Assembly: GCA_046758065.1 (NCBI GenBank)
Contig: JBHHZM010000002.1
Coordinates: forward strand, 1-52,641
Length of the DNA: 52,641 nucleotides
Direction: 5' to 3'
Source of the DNA: Alphaproteobacteria bacterium
GTDB lineage: Bacteria; Pseudomonadota; Alphaproteobacteria; JAAXGF01
Under the pieces are notes generated by a model. It was not told where the DNA came from and did not search any database. It was given only the letters and a program-made list of their open reading frames with translations. Shown here one piece after another: positions 34,474 through 42,972 of the stretch; positions within the stretch are counted from its first letter, which is position 1, and every line of letters starts with the position of its first letter. A program made the position numbers and the translations under genes.

Positions 34474-35688
34474 ATGAGCGACGAGACCGGCGAGGCGGGT
34501 GCGGGCGGCGATCTGATCGGCGCCGTCGCCGACTGGCTGATGGCGCAGGCGCTGGGCCGGACCGACCTCGAGAACCTGTTCGACGGCTGTTGCCGTCGGC
34601 TGCGGGCGGCGGGCGTACCGCTGACGCGCGCCTACGTGTCGTACCGCACGCTGCATCCGCTGTTACACGCGCAGGGGATTACATGGCGGCCCGACGCCGG
34701 CACCGAATGCGAAGGCTTCAGCCACGGCATCAGCGAAGACCCGTCGTGGCTGCGTAGTCCTTTCTTCCACATGATCGAGAACGGCATTCCGTTCCTGCGC
34801 CGGCGTCTCGCCGGCGACGAGGCGCTGATCGACTTTCCCATTCTCGCCGAGTTTCGCGACGCCGGCGCCACCGACTATCTCGCCTATCTCGTTCCCTTCG
34901 GCGACGAGGACGATGCCGGTATCGCGGGGTCGTGGATGACCGACCGCCCCTCGGGGTTCGGCGACCAGGACATCCGCGCCCTCGGGCGCATCCAGCATCG
35001 GCTGGCGGTCGCCTGCAAGGTCCGGATCAAGGAGCAGATCACCCGCAACATCGTCACCGCCTACCTCGGCCCCAAGGCGGGGCTGCGGGTGCTCGAGGGC
35101 CAGATCAAGCGCGGCGACGGCGAATCGGTCCACGCCGTCATCTGGTACAGCGACCTCCGCGATTCGACGCGTTTCGCCGAGAGCCTGCCGGCGCGGGACT
35201 ATCTCGATCTGCTCAACGCCTATTTCGAATGCACGGCCGGCGCGGTGATCGCCAACGGCGGCGAGGTGCTGCTGCTGATCGGCGACGCGGTGCTCGCCAT
35301 CTTCCCTTGCGGGACGGGGAACGAAAGCCAGTGCGCCGCCTGTGGGCACGTGCTCGACGCCTTGCACGAGGCGGAGAAGCGCCTCGCCGGGCTCAACGCC
35401 GCCCGCGCCGCGGTCGGTCGGGAAGCGATCGATTTCGGGCTTGGCCTGCACGTCGGCGATCTCATGTTCGGCAACATCGGCGTGCCCGAACGGCTCCAGT
35501 TCACCGTCGTCGGCCCCGCCGCCAACGAGGTCGCTCGGCTGGAAGCGCTGGCGCGCGAGGCCGGGCGGCGCGTGGTCGCGAGCGCGGCCTTCATGAACAA
35601 TGTCGCGCTCGACTGGGAGTCTCTCGGACCCCATAGCCTGCGCGGCGTCGGCCAGCCGATCGAGGTCTTTGCTCCGCCTGTCGTCTGA
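34474..35688 (+). CDS. Class III adenylate/guanylate cyclase with uncharacterised N-terminal domain
   Basis: C-terminal CHD: VIWYSDLRDSTRF, LLIGDAVLAIF, GLHVGDLMFGNIG, VVGPAANEVARLE. GGGAGG RBS. Confidence 0.85.
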   Translation: MSDETGEAGAGGDLIGAVADWLMAQALGRTDLENLFDGCCRRLRAAGVPLTRAYVSYRTLHPLLHAQGITWRPDAGTECEGFSHGISEDPSWLRSPFFHMIENGIPFLRRRLAGDEALIDFPILAEFRDAGATDYLAYLVPFGDEDDAGIAGSWMTDRPSGFGDQDIRALGRIQHRLAVACKVRIKEQITRNIVTAYLGPKAGLRVLEGQIKRGDGESVHAVIWYSDLRDSTRFAESLPARDYLDLLNAYFECTAGAVIANGGEVLLLIGDAVLAIFPCGTGNESQCAACGHVLDALHEAEKRLAGLNAARAAVGREAIDFGLGLHVGDLMFGNIGVPERLQFTVVGPAANEVARLEALAREAGRRVVASAAFMNNVALDWESLGPHSLRGVGQPIEVFAPPVV

Positions 35689-35724
35689 CGGGGCGCGCGA
35701 CCCCTATCGCAGCCGATAGGGGGA

Positions 35725-35753
35725 TTGAAACGCCGACGTTTCATTCATATATA
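35725..35753 (+). promoter_or_regulatory. Sigma70-like promoter TTGAAA-N17-TATATA upstream of the BON-domain gene
   Basis: Hexamers and 17-nt spacer read directly. It sits in an AT-rich patch about 140 nt upstream of the BON start. Confidence 0.45.
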
Positions 35754-35892
35754 AGAACACAGGTCGTTGCCTGCATGGTGCGTGGCGAAACCACGCGTAA
35801 CCCGGGCGACCCACCCGCATAGCGGGTGAAAAACATCTGTCCGGCCAGCACTGCGAATCGCCGGACAGTGATATCCAGAGAGGGGGACAGCG

Positions 35893-36243
35893 TTGTCCAC
35901 GAGACGAGACGCGCCCCGGGTGGCCGAGGCGATGTCCCGGAAGGCGTCCGCTGCGCCCGCGCCGCGGGACGTCTCCCGCCTCGCCGAGCTTATGCAACCG
36001 AGCGACGGCGATATCGCTCGCGCCGCCCGCGCCGCGCTTGACGAGCGCCTCGGTTCCGTTGCCCGTACCATCGAGGTGCGGGTGGGCAACGGCGTCGTCG
36101 AACTCGGCGGCGGGCTCGAGAGCGGCAATCAGAAGGAAATCGCCGAAGTCACGGTCGGCGCGCTCGAAGGCGTAAGATCGGTGGTCAACCAGCTCCGCAT
36201 CTCGCCGCCGAGCAAGCTGACCATGCGCACGCTGTATCGTTAG
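35893..36243 (+). CDS. BON-domain protein (OsmY-like, small)
   Basis: IEVRVGNGVVELGGGLESGNQKEIAEVTVGALEGVRSVVNQL fits the BON pattern. TTG 35893 follows GAGAGGGGGA; alternative ATG starts at about 35931 or 35993. Confidence 0.7.
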   Translation: MSTRRDAPRVAEAMSRKASAAPAPRDVSRLAELMQPSDGDIARAARAALDERLGSVARTIEVRVGNGVVELGGGLESGNQKEIAEVTVGALEGVRSVVNQLRISPPSKLTMRTLYR

Positions 36244-36382
36244 CCGACGCAATCCCGGTTGCGTCACGATCCTTGACGACCACCCGGCGCTGACCGCAAG
36301 GTGAGCCGGGGTTTCGCCAGCGGAACCCCGCAACGAGGCGGCCGAGGGAAGGGCCGCCCGCGGACGCAGGGAAGGGCCGGGC

Positions 36383-37351
36383 TTGGCACAACGGCTGTTC
36401 TGTCTCATCGTGGTCGCGTTCGTCGCGCTCACCGCCGGAGAAGCGCGCGCGGCGCCGCTCAGACTCGGCCTGCTCAAGTTCGGCACGGTGAGCTGGGAGG
36501 TCGACGTCGTCCGCCACCACGGTCTCGCCCGCGCCGAAGGCGTCGAGATCGAGATCGTCGAGCTGGCCAGCACGCAGGCGACCAAGGTGGCGTTGCAGGG
36601 CGGCGCGGTCGATGTGATCGTCAGCGACTGGCTGTGGGTCTCGCGTCAGCGCGCGCGGGGCGCCGATTACAGCTTCGTGCCGTACTCGACGGCGCTCGGG
36701 GCGCTGGTGACGCCTTCCGCATCGCCGCTGCGCGGTCTCGCCGATCTCGCGGGCCGCCGCCTCGGAGTCGCCGGCGGACCGCTCGACAAGAGCTGGCTGA
36801 TCCTGCGTGCGCTCGCCCGCAAGCGCACCGGGCGCGATCTCGATACCGAGCCCGTGTTCGGCGCGCCGCCGCTGCTCAACGAACAACTCAAGGCCGGGCG
36901 CATCGACGCGGTACTCACCTTCTGGCCCTACGCCGCGCGCCTCGAGGCCGCGGGCATGCGGCGGCTGATCGCCGTCGCCGACGCGGTACGGGCGCTCGGC
37001 ATCGGGGCGGCGGTGCCGCTCGTCGGCTACGTCTTCAGCGAGGCGCTCGCTGCGACACGCGGCGACGAGCTCGCGGGATTCCTGCGCGCGGCGCGCAAGG
37101 CGCGGGCGCTGCTCGCGAACTCGGACGCCGAGTGGGACCGCCTCGCCCCGCTGATGCGCGCGCCCGATGCGGCGACGCGGCGCGCGCTGCGCGACGGCTT
37201 CCGCGCCGGCATTCCCCGGCGCTGGGGAGCGGACGAACGCGCTGCCGCCCGCCGCCTCTACGCCATCCTCGCCGGAATCGGCGGCGCTCGACTGGTCGGC
37301 GAGGCGCGCGAACTGTCGCCCGGCACCTTCTGGCCCGGCGCGGTCTACTGA
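36383..37351 (+). CDS. ABC transporter substrate-binding protein, NMT1/THI5-like (NitT/TauT family)
   Basis: Signal peptide ending EARA and the fold-typical pattern LRLGLLKFGTVSWE...VDVIVSDWLWVS. Followed by a cognate permease and ATPase. The TTG start is uncertain. Confidence 0.75.
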   Translation: MAQRLFCLIVVAFVALTAGEARAAPLRLGLLKFGTVSWEVDVVRHHGLARAEGVEIEIVELASTQATKVALQGGAVDVIVSDWLWVSRQRARGADYSFVPYSTALGALVTPSASPLRGLADLAGRRLGVAGGPLDKSWLILRALARKRTGRDLDTEPVFGAPPLLNEQLKAGRIDAVLTFWPYAARLEAAGMRRLIAVADAVRALGIGAAVPLVGYVFSEALAATRGDELAGFLRAARKARALLANSDAEWDRLAPLMRAPDAATRRALRDGFRAGIPRRWGADERAAARRLYAILAGIGGARLVGEARELSPGTFWPGAVY

Positions 37352-37365
37352 GCCCCGGCGTCGCG

Positions 37366-38106
37366 GTGCGCGCTTCCTGGACAACGCTCGTCTCGTTCGC
37401 GCTGCTGCTTGCCGTCTGGCAGGCGGCGGCCGAGATCGCCGCGAGCCGCATGATGCCGGGGCCGGCCGAGGTCGTCGTCGTGCTGGGACGCGAGATCGCC
37501 GACGGCTCGCTTCCCTACCACCTCGGGGTGACGCTGGTCCGCGTCGCCGCCGCCTTCGCGCTCGCCATGCTGGCCGGTACGGCGCTCGGCATCGTCATGG
37601 GCCGTTCGCGCCTCGTCGACCGCCTGCTCGACGGCTGGCTCGTGGTCTTTCTCAACCTGCCGGCCCTGGTCACCATCGTACTGGCCTACATCTGGTTCGG
37701 CCTGATCGAGACGGCGGCGATCCTCGCGGTGGCGGTCAACAAGATCCCCAACACGGTCGTGACGGTGCGCGAGGGCGCGCGGGCGCTCGACCGCGATCTG
37801 CTCGAAATGGCCGACAGCTTCCGCATGACGCGGCTCGCCACCCTGCGCCACGTGGTGCTGCCCCAGCTCTGGCCCTACCTGATGGCGGCGGCGCGCTCGG
37901 GTCTCGCGTTGATCTGGAAGATCGTCCTCGTCGTCGAACTGCTCGGTCGCTCGAACGGCGTCGGTTTTCAGATCCAGCTCTTTTTCCAGCTCTTCGACGT
38001 GACCGCCATTCTCGCCTATACCGTCGCCTTCGTTGCCGTTATCCAGGGAATCGAGCTCGCCGTCCTGCAGCCGCTCGAACGCCGCGTCAACCGGTGGCGG
38101 CGATGA
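37366..38106 (+). CDS. ABC transporter permease (NitT/TauT family)
   Basis: Six hydrophobic segments and an EAA-like loop (LEMADSFRMTRLATLRHVVLPQLWP). GTG 37366. Confidence 0.85.
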   Translation: MRASWTTLVSFALLLAVWQAAAEIAASRMMPGPAEVVVVLGREIADGSLPYHLGVTLVRVAAAFALAMLAGTALGIVMGRSRLVDRLLDGWLVVFLNLPALVTIVLAYIWFGLIETAAILAVAVNKIPNTVVTVREGARALDRDLLEMADSFRMTRLATLRHVVLPQLWPYLMAAARSGLALIWKIVLVVELLGRSNGVGFQIQLFFQLFDVTAILAYTVAFVAVIQGIELAVLQPLERRVNRWRR

Positions 38107-38843
38107 GCGCGCTCGCCGTCGTCGTGCGCGAGAAGCGGTACCCGGCGCGCCCGCCACAGCCCGCGCTGACGGCGCTTGCGGGGCTCTCGCTCGGCCTCGA
38201 CGAAGGCGAGTTCGTTTGCGTTTTCGGACCATCGGGCTGCGGCAAGACGACGCTGCTGCACATCGTCGCCGGGCTCGACGCCGAGTTCGACGGCACTGTC
38301 GCGTTCGCCGACGGCCGGCGCCCGACGCTGGGCTACGTTTTCCAGACGCCCCGGCTGCTCCCCTGGCGCTCGGTGCGCGAGAATATCGCGCTGGTCCTGC
38401 CGCCCGGCGCGGATGCCGAGGCCGACGCGCTGATCGAGGCGGTCGAACTCGCCGGCTTCGGCGACGCCTATCCCGGACGCCTGTCGCTCGGCATGCAGCG
38501 GCGCGCCGCGCTCGCCCGCGCTTTCGCCGTCCATCCCGGGCTGCTGCTCATGGACGAGCCCTTCGTCTCGCTCGACGAGCCGACGGCGCGGCGGCTCCGC
38601 CTCCTGCTGCACGACATCTGGCGGTCGCGTCCGGCGACGGTGCTGTTCGTCACCCATAATCTGCGCGAGGCAATCGAGCTCGCCGACCGCATCGTCTTCC
38701 TCTCGTCCCGACCCGGCAAGGTGGTCGCCGAAACCCCGGTCGGGCTCTCGCGCGCGGCGCGCGCCGATGAGGCGGCGGTCGAAGCCTTCCGCGCCGAGCT
38801 CATGGCACGCGAGGTCGCGGTGTTCAACGACGCCGCCCCTTGA
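38103..38843 (+). CDS. ABC transporter ATP-binding protein (NitT/TauT family)
   Basis: Walker A GPSGCGKTT, signature LSLGMQRR, Walker B LLMDEPFVSLD. ATGA overlap with the permease gene. Confidence 0.9.
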   Translation: MSALAVVVREKRYPARPPQPALTALAGLSLGLDEGEFVCVFGPSGCGKTTLLHIVAGLDAEFDGTVAFADGRRPTLGYVFQTPRLLPWRSVRENIALVLPPGADAEADALIEAVELAGFGDAYPGRLSLGMQRRAALARAFAVHPGLLLMDEPFVSLDEPTARRLRLLLHDIWRSRPATVLFVTHNLREAIELADRIVFLSSRPGKVVAETPVGLSRAARADEAAVEAFRAELMAREVAVFNDAAP

Positions 38844-38906
38844 TGATGGCGGCGCGGGCAGTATATCGATTCATGAACCCGAGTGAGAGACGGGAGGCGT
38901 CTGCTG

Positions 38907-39428
38907 ATGCAGTCTGAGCGCAAACGGCGCGCGGCGCGCGTGCTCCCCGTCCTGGCCGCGCTGGGACTCGCGCTCGCGGCCTGCGCCTACCCGGTCGACA
39001 ATGGGGTCGGGCGACCGGCGACCGTCGCGGTCATCGACGCGCTCGACGACGCGGACTGGACGGCCCAGGCCCAGGCGTTTCAGAACGCGCTCGAGACCAA
39101 CAAGGTCGGCGAGAGCGCCAACTGGTCGAATCCGGCGAGCGGCCATCTCGGCACGGTGACGCCGACGCGCACCTACACGGCGAAATCGGGCGCGCCGTGT
39201 CGCGAATATCAGCAGACGGTGACGGTCTCGGGCGAGACCGCGATCACCCAGGGTACCGCCTGTCGCCAGGAGGACGGCACCTGGGAGACCGTCGCCGCGA
39301 CCGACGCGGCGCGCGGCTACCGGTATCGGCGCTACGCCTACGGCTATCCGTATTGCGGGTATTACCCCGGGTATTACGGCTACGGGTACGGCCACTACGG
39401 CTACGGCCATTACGGCTATTACTACTGA
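38907..39428 (+). CDS. Lipoprotein with COG4520-like surface-antigen domain and a C-terminal Tyr/Gly-rich low-complexity tail
   Basis: Lipobox LAAC. WSNPASGHLGTVTPTRTY...GAPCREYQQTV...GTACRQEDGTWE resembles the alphaproteobacterial 17-kDa surface-antigen domain. The tail is GYRYRRYAYGYPYCGYYPGYYGYGYGHYGYGHYGYYY. ATG 38907 follows a GGGAGG RBS. Confidence 0.75.
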   Translation: MQSERKRRAARVLPVLAALGLALAACAYPVDNGVGRPATVAVIDALDDADWTAQAQAFQNALETNKVGESANWSNPASGHLGTVTPTRTYTAKSGAPCREYQQTVTVSGETAITQGTACRQEDGTWETVAATDAARGYRYRRYAYGYPYCGYYPGYYGYGYGHYGYGHYGYYY

Positions 39429-39440
39429 GACCCGCGGCCG

Positions 39441-40247
39441 TTATCCGCCGACGCCTTTCCGCGGCATCATGCCGCGCGCCGGATTATAGCCGTAGATCGC
39501 GAGACCGAGGAACACCGCGAGCGCCAGCACGGTCCAGCCGAGCGCCGGGGCGTTGAGCTGACCGTAGAGCGCGTAACGGATGAGCTCGACCGCGTGGGTG
39601 AAGGGATTGACGGCGCAGAGCCGGTAGAGCAGCAGGCTCGATTCCTTCATCTTCCACAGCGGGTAGAGCGCCGAGGACATGAAGAACATCGGGAAGATGA
39701 CGAAGTTCATCACGCCGGCGAAGTTCTCGAGCTGGCGGATCGCCGTCGACAGCAGCATCCCCAGCGCGCCGAGCATCAATCCGCTGACGATCAGCGCCGG
39801 CAGCAGCGTGAGATAGCCCCAGGGCGGCGGCTCGACGCCGAAGGCCCAGGCGATGGCGAGGAAGGCGTAGACCTGGAGGATCGAGACGGCGACGCCGGCG
39901 AGCAGCTTGCAGGTGAGCAGGTACCAGCGCGGCAGCGGACTGACCAGCAGGGTGCGCATCGAGCCCATCTCGCGGTCGTAGACCATCGAGAGCGAGCTCT
40001 GCATGCCGTTGAAAAGCTGGATCATGCCGACGAGACCGGGCGCGATGTAGACCTCGTAGGTGATGTAGGTCTCGTACGGCGGGATAATCGAGATGCCGAG
40101 CGCGGCGCGGAAACCCGCGGCGAAGATGAAGAGCCAGACCAGCGGGCGCACCAGCGCGGCGAAGAAGCGGCCGCGCTGGCGGAAGAACCGCAGGCCTTCG
40201 CGTCCGACGATCCCGGCGAAGCAGCGCCAATAGTGGACGGGGTACAT
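39441..40247 (-). CDS. ABC-2 type transporter permease (NodJ/PedC-like)
   Basis: 268 aa, six TM segments, ABC-2 pattern (LVRPLVWLFIFAAGF...MVYDREMGSMRTLLVSP). Lies 8 nt downstream of its ATPase gene. Confidence 0.85.
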   Translation of the reverse strand: MYPVHYWRCFAGIVGREGLRFFRQRGRFFAALVRPLVWLFIFAAGFRAALGISIIPPYETYITYEVYIAPGLVGMIQLFNGMQSSLSMVYDREMGSMRTLLVSPLPRWYLLTCKLLAGVAVSILQVYAFLAIAWAFGVEPPPWGYLTLLPALIVSGLMLGALGMLLSTAIRQLENFAGVMNFVIFPMFFMSSALYPLWKMKESSLLLYRLCAVNPFTHAVELIRYALYGQLNAPALGWTVLALAVFLGLAIYGYNPARGMMPRKGVGG

Positions 40248-40257
40248 TTACAGGCTC

Positions 40258-41013
40258 TCAGCCCCGCGTCAGGGCGTCGAACGCCTCGGCGATCGTCGCC
40301 GCGCCGGCTGCGGCGTTGACCGCATCGAGCGCGCCCTGGGCCTGCACCCGGCCGCGGTGCAGCACGATGACGTGATCGCCCGGACGGACCTCGTCGATCA
40401 GGTGCGTCGCCCACAGGACGGCGATCGCGCCCGAGGCGCAGAGCGCGTGCACATGGTCGACGATCGCCTGGCGGGTGGGCACGTCGAGGCCGACGGTCGG
40501 CTCGTCGAGCAGCAGCAGCCCGGGCCGGTGGAGCAGCGCGCGGGCGATCTCGACGCGCCGCCGGTGGCCGCCGTTGAGCTGGCGTACGCGCTCGCCGGCG
40601 CGCTCGGCCATGTCGAGACGCTCGAGCTCGACGGCGATGCGCGTTTCGGTCTCGGCGCGGGCGAGTCCGTGCAGCGCGGCGTGATAGCGCAGGTTCTGGC
40701 GCACCGTGAGGTCGAGGTCGAGGGTCGGTTGCTGGAAGACGACGCCGATGTGGCAGAGCGCCCGCGTCGAGGCGCGCCTGAGGTCGTGGCCGGCGATGCG
40801 GACCCGGCCCGTGCGGGCGTCGTAGAGCCGGGTAATCAGCGAAAACAGCGTCGTCTTGCCGGCGCCGTTGGGCCCGAGCAGCACCTTGAACTCGCCGGCG
40901 CGGATGGCGAACGAGACGTCATCGAGCGCGAAGCTTTTGCCGAAGCTGTAACCGAGTCTCTCGACCGCGAGTGCGGGGGCGTCCTCCGGGGCTGTCCGGG
41001 CGGCGGCGGTCAC
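40258..41013 (-). CDS. ABC transporter ATP-binding protein (NodI/PedB-like)
   Basis: Walker A GPNGAGKTT, signature LNGGHRRR, Walker B LLLDEPTVGLD. GTG 41013 overlaps (GTGA) the stop of the upstream ORF. Confidence 0.9.
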   Translation of the reverse strand: MTAAARTAPEDAPALAVERLGYSFGKSFALDDVSFAIRAGEFKVLLGPNGAGKTTLFSLITRLYDARTGRVRIAGHDLRRASTRALCHIGVVFQQPTLDLDLTVRQNLRYHAALHGLARAETETRIAVELERLDMAERAGERVRQLNGGHRRRVEIARALLHRPGLLLLDEPTVGLDVPTRQAIVDHVHALCASGAIAVLWATHLIDEVRPGDHVIVLHRGRVQAQGALDAVNAAAGAATIAEAFDALTRG

Positions 41014-41720
41014 GGTGCGCGGACCTCGTCGACGATGGTGCGGATCGAGACCAGCAGCGGCTCGTCCTGACGGTCGGTGATGAAGTAATAGTCCGACAAC
41101 CGCGCGAACAACAGCGAGGGCGCGAGTGCCAGCCAGGGACGCACGCGGCGCCGCGCCCCGGCGAACGCGGCGTCGAGCGCGGCGGCGTCGGCCGCGCCGT
41201 CGAGCCCGCGCCACAACGCCCGCGCATAGCTCCCGCCGTGGAAGCCGGACAGCAGCGCGAAGCGCCGCGACGGGTCGAGCCCGAGCCAGTCGTCGCCCGA
41301 CGGCGCGGGCGGCGGCAGTCGCCCGGCGGCGGCCGCGCGCAGGAGCAGCACCGCCAGCCGCGGGTTCGCCGCGTCCGCCAGTCCCGCGCGCCGATCGAGC
41401 GCGGCGATGACCGGCGCCTGGGCGGCGAGCGTCTCGGCGAGCGCGAGCGGCGGCGTCGCGGGCGCCTCGCCGTGCCAGCCGAGCGCGAAACCGGCGACGA
41501 ACCACGGCCGGTCGCCCGGCGCCACACGCAGCCAGTCGGCGAGCCTGAGCTCGGTCGAACGCACGTCGTCGAGCTCGCTCGCCGGGGCCGGCGCGACGAG
41601 GCCGAGAACCAACGCCGCCGCCAGTCCCCGGCAAAACACGACAACCAGCATCGAAACGGCGCCGTCGCGGTGTTTTTCATCCGCGGGGCCTGTGAAACGA
41701 TGATGCGCCGGGCCGGACAT
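41010..41720 (-). CDS. Hypothetical secreted or membrane-anchored protein (operon member 'B'), no recognisable family
   Basis: Reading frame continuous with operon spacing: 8-nt gap upstream, GTGA overlap downstream. Hydrophobic N-terminal segment MLVVVFCRGLAAALVLGLVAPAPA. Start is either 41720 or 41651. Confidence 0.55.
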   Translation of the reverse strand: MSGPAHHRFTGPADEKHRDGAVSMLVVVFCRGLAAALVLGLVAPAPASELDDVRSTELRLADWLRVAPGDRPWFVAGFALGWHGEAPATPPLALAETLAAQAPVIAALDRRAGLADAANPRLAVLLLRAAAAGRLPPPAPSGDDWLGLDPSRRFALLSGFHGGSYARALWRGLDGAADAAALDAAFAGARRRVRPWLALAPSLLFARLSDYYFITDRQDEPLLVSIRTIVDEVRAP

Positions 41721-41730
41721 CGCCTGCGCC

Positions 41731-42297
41731 TTACTCGCCACCGAGACCCAGCACCGCGACAAGCGCCGCCTCCTTCTCGGTGATGCGCCGGCGCGCACGC
41801 AGCGCCTGGGCCAGACTGCGCCGCGCCTTGGCCTCGGACTGTGTGTAGTAGGCGCGGTTGGAGTCGCCGGATGCGGCGCCGGCGCGCAGATCGGTGAAGA
41901 CCGCGACGTGATGGTACCAGGCATCGACCGCCTCGCAGTTGAGGTCGCGGTAGAACGCCATGTCCTTGAGCGCGTAATAGGCGATCGCGGCGCGCAGCGC
42001 CGGGTCGCCGCCGCGCTCGGCGAGCAGGCGGGCGATTGCGGCCGCCGCGCGCCGGGGGTTCTCGCTCGGCTGGATGCGCGTACTCACCTCGAGGCCGAGG
42101 GTGGCGTCGAGTTCGCTGGGCGCGCGGGCGATGCCGTAAGTCTCGAGACGCGCCGCGAGGTCGGCCTCCATCGGCGTTTCGCGGCAGGCGAGGATGATCC
42201 GCTCGACGGCGTCGGCGTCGATTTCGGGCGTCGATTGCGCCTGCGCCGCGCCGGCGAGTGCGACAACGACGACGACTATCGACCACCCCCGGGTCAC
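41731..42297 (-). CDS. Hypothetical periplasmic protein (operon member 'A'), no recognisable family
   Basis: GTG 42297 overlaps (GTGA) the cupredoxin stop. Signal peptide WSIVVVVVALAGAAQA, followed by an acidic, predicted helical mature part. Confidence 0.6.
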   Translation of the reverse strand: MTRGWSIVVVVVALAGAAQAQSTPEIDADAVERIILACRETPMEADLAARLETYGIARAPSELDATLGLEVSTRIQPSENPRRAAAAIARLLAERGGDPALRAAIAYYALKDMAFYRDLNCEAVDAWYHHVAVFTDLRAGAASGDSNRAYYTQSEAKARRSLAQALRARRRITEKEAALVAVLGLGGE

Positions 42298-42863
42298 GGA
42301 TAGCCCGGCTGGTCCTCGGGGCCGAGTGCGTCGTCGGCGATGGTGACGTAAGGGGCCTTGGCCTCGGCGCTGACCGTGAAGTGATCCCACATGCCGGCCT
42401 GGGCGTGGCCGGCGACGCCGCACAGGAGGTGGAACACGCCCGGTTTCTTGGCCTTGAAGCGTAGCGAATCCGTGCACGCCAGACAGCCTTCCCGGGGATC
42501 GCTCGAATAGGCGCGCGGGATCCCGACCTGTTCGCGTCCGGCGTCGTTGGGGAAGGCGTCGGGCGCGAACGGCTGGCTTACGATCAGACTGTGCGGGTAG
42601 TTGCCGTCGGGGTTCTTGAAGTCGATCCGGACCTTCGCGCCGAGCGGGATGACCACGGTCATGCCGCCCTCGCTGTAGCCGTTGAAGTTCCACGAACCGT
42701 TGTTGCCGTTGTAGGCGGCGACGATCTCGATCTTGACCGTGTTCTTCGCCTCGTCGAACGTGAGCCAGCTCGGGACGATCCGCTCCGCGGCGAGCGCCGG
42801 CGCCACAACGATCAGCGCCAGCGCGCCGGCACCGAGGAGTCCGTTCGATACGATGCCTCTCAT
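42294..42863 (-). CDS. Sulfocyanin-like type-1 (blue) copper protein, periplasmic
   Basis: Signal peptide ...VVAPALAA. NGNNGSWNFNGYSEGGMTVVIPLGAKV resembles the SoxE/sulfocyanin domain. Candidate T1Cu ligands: H in NYPHSL, then C-x4-H-x4-M in LLCGVAGHAQAGMW. AGGAG RBS 7 nt before ATG 42863. Confidence 0.75.
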   Translation of the reverse strand: MRGIVSNGLLGAGALALIVVAPALAAERIVPSWLTFDEAKNTVKIEIVAAYNGNNGSWNFNGYSEGGMTVVIPLGAKVRIDFKNPDGNYPHSLIVSQPFAPDAFPNDAGREQVGIPRAYSSDPREGCLACTDSLRFKAKKPGVFHLLCGVAGHAQAGMWDHFTVSAEAKAPYVTIADDALGPEDQPGYP

Positions 42864-42922
42864 CGGTCGCTCCTGCCGTTCCGAAAACCCGTGTGCGTCG
42901 CCGGGCGGGCGGCGCACGAGGC

Positions 42923-42951
42923 GGCGCCACCCCGGAGACCGGGGTGGCGCC
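42923..42951 (-). other. Intercistronic 13-bp GC-rich stem-loop between the dehydrogenase and cupredoxin genes
   Basis: GGCGCCACCCCGG-AGA-CCGGGGTGGCGCC, a perfect palindrome about 22 nt downstream of the dehydrogenase stop. No adjacent U-tract. Confidence 0.6.
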
Positions 42952-42972
42952 TGAGCCCGCCGGGCGGTGCGT

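Noticed and set aside
35689-35892. EcfG-type general-stress promoter (GGAAC-N16/17-CGTT) upstream of the BON gene. Also checked in the 5439-5676 and 33778-33914 spacers.
   Set aside because: GAAC- and CGTT-like words occur, but never with the required 16-17-nt spacing.
35704-37384. Minus-strand ORFs 35704..36585 (293 aa) and 36185..37384 (399 aa).
   Set aside because: They are antisense to the BON-domain gene and the NitT/TauT SBP gene, which have real motifs and RBSs. The products are low-complexity.
38907-39428. Tyr/Gly-rich tail as a RiPP or PQQ-like precursor.
   Set aside because: It is the C-terminus of a lipoprotein with a folded domain, lacks the E-x3-Y motif, and has no adjacent maturase. 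Low-complexity structural sequence is more parsimonious.
41731-42297. Unknown protein A as a lanmodulin-like lanthanide-binding protein.
   Set aside because: It is acidic, but I see no EF-hand (DxDxDG-type) loops. There is no positive evidence, so it is left as unknown.
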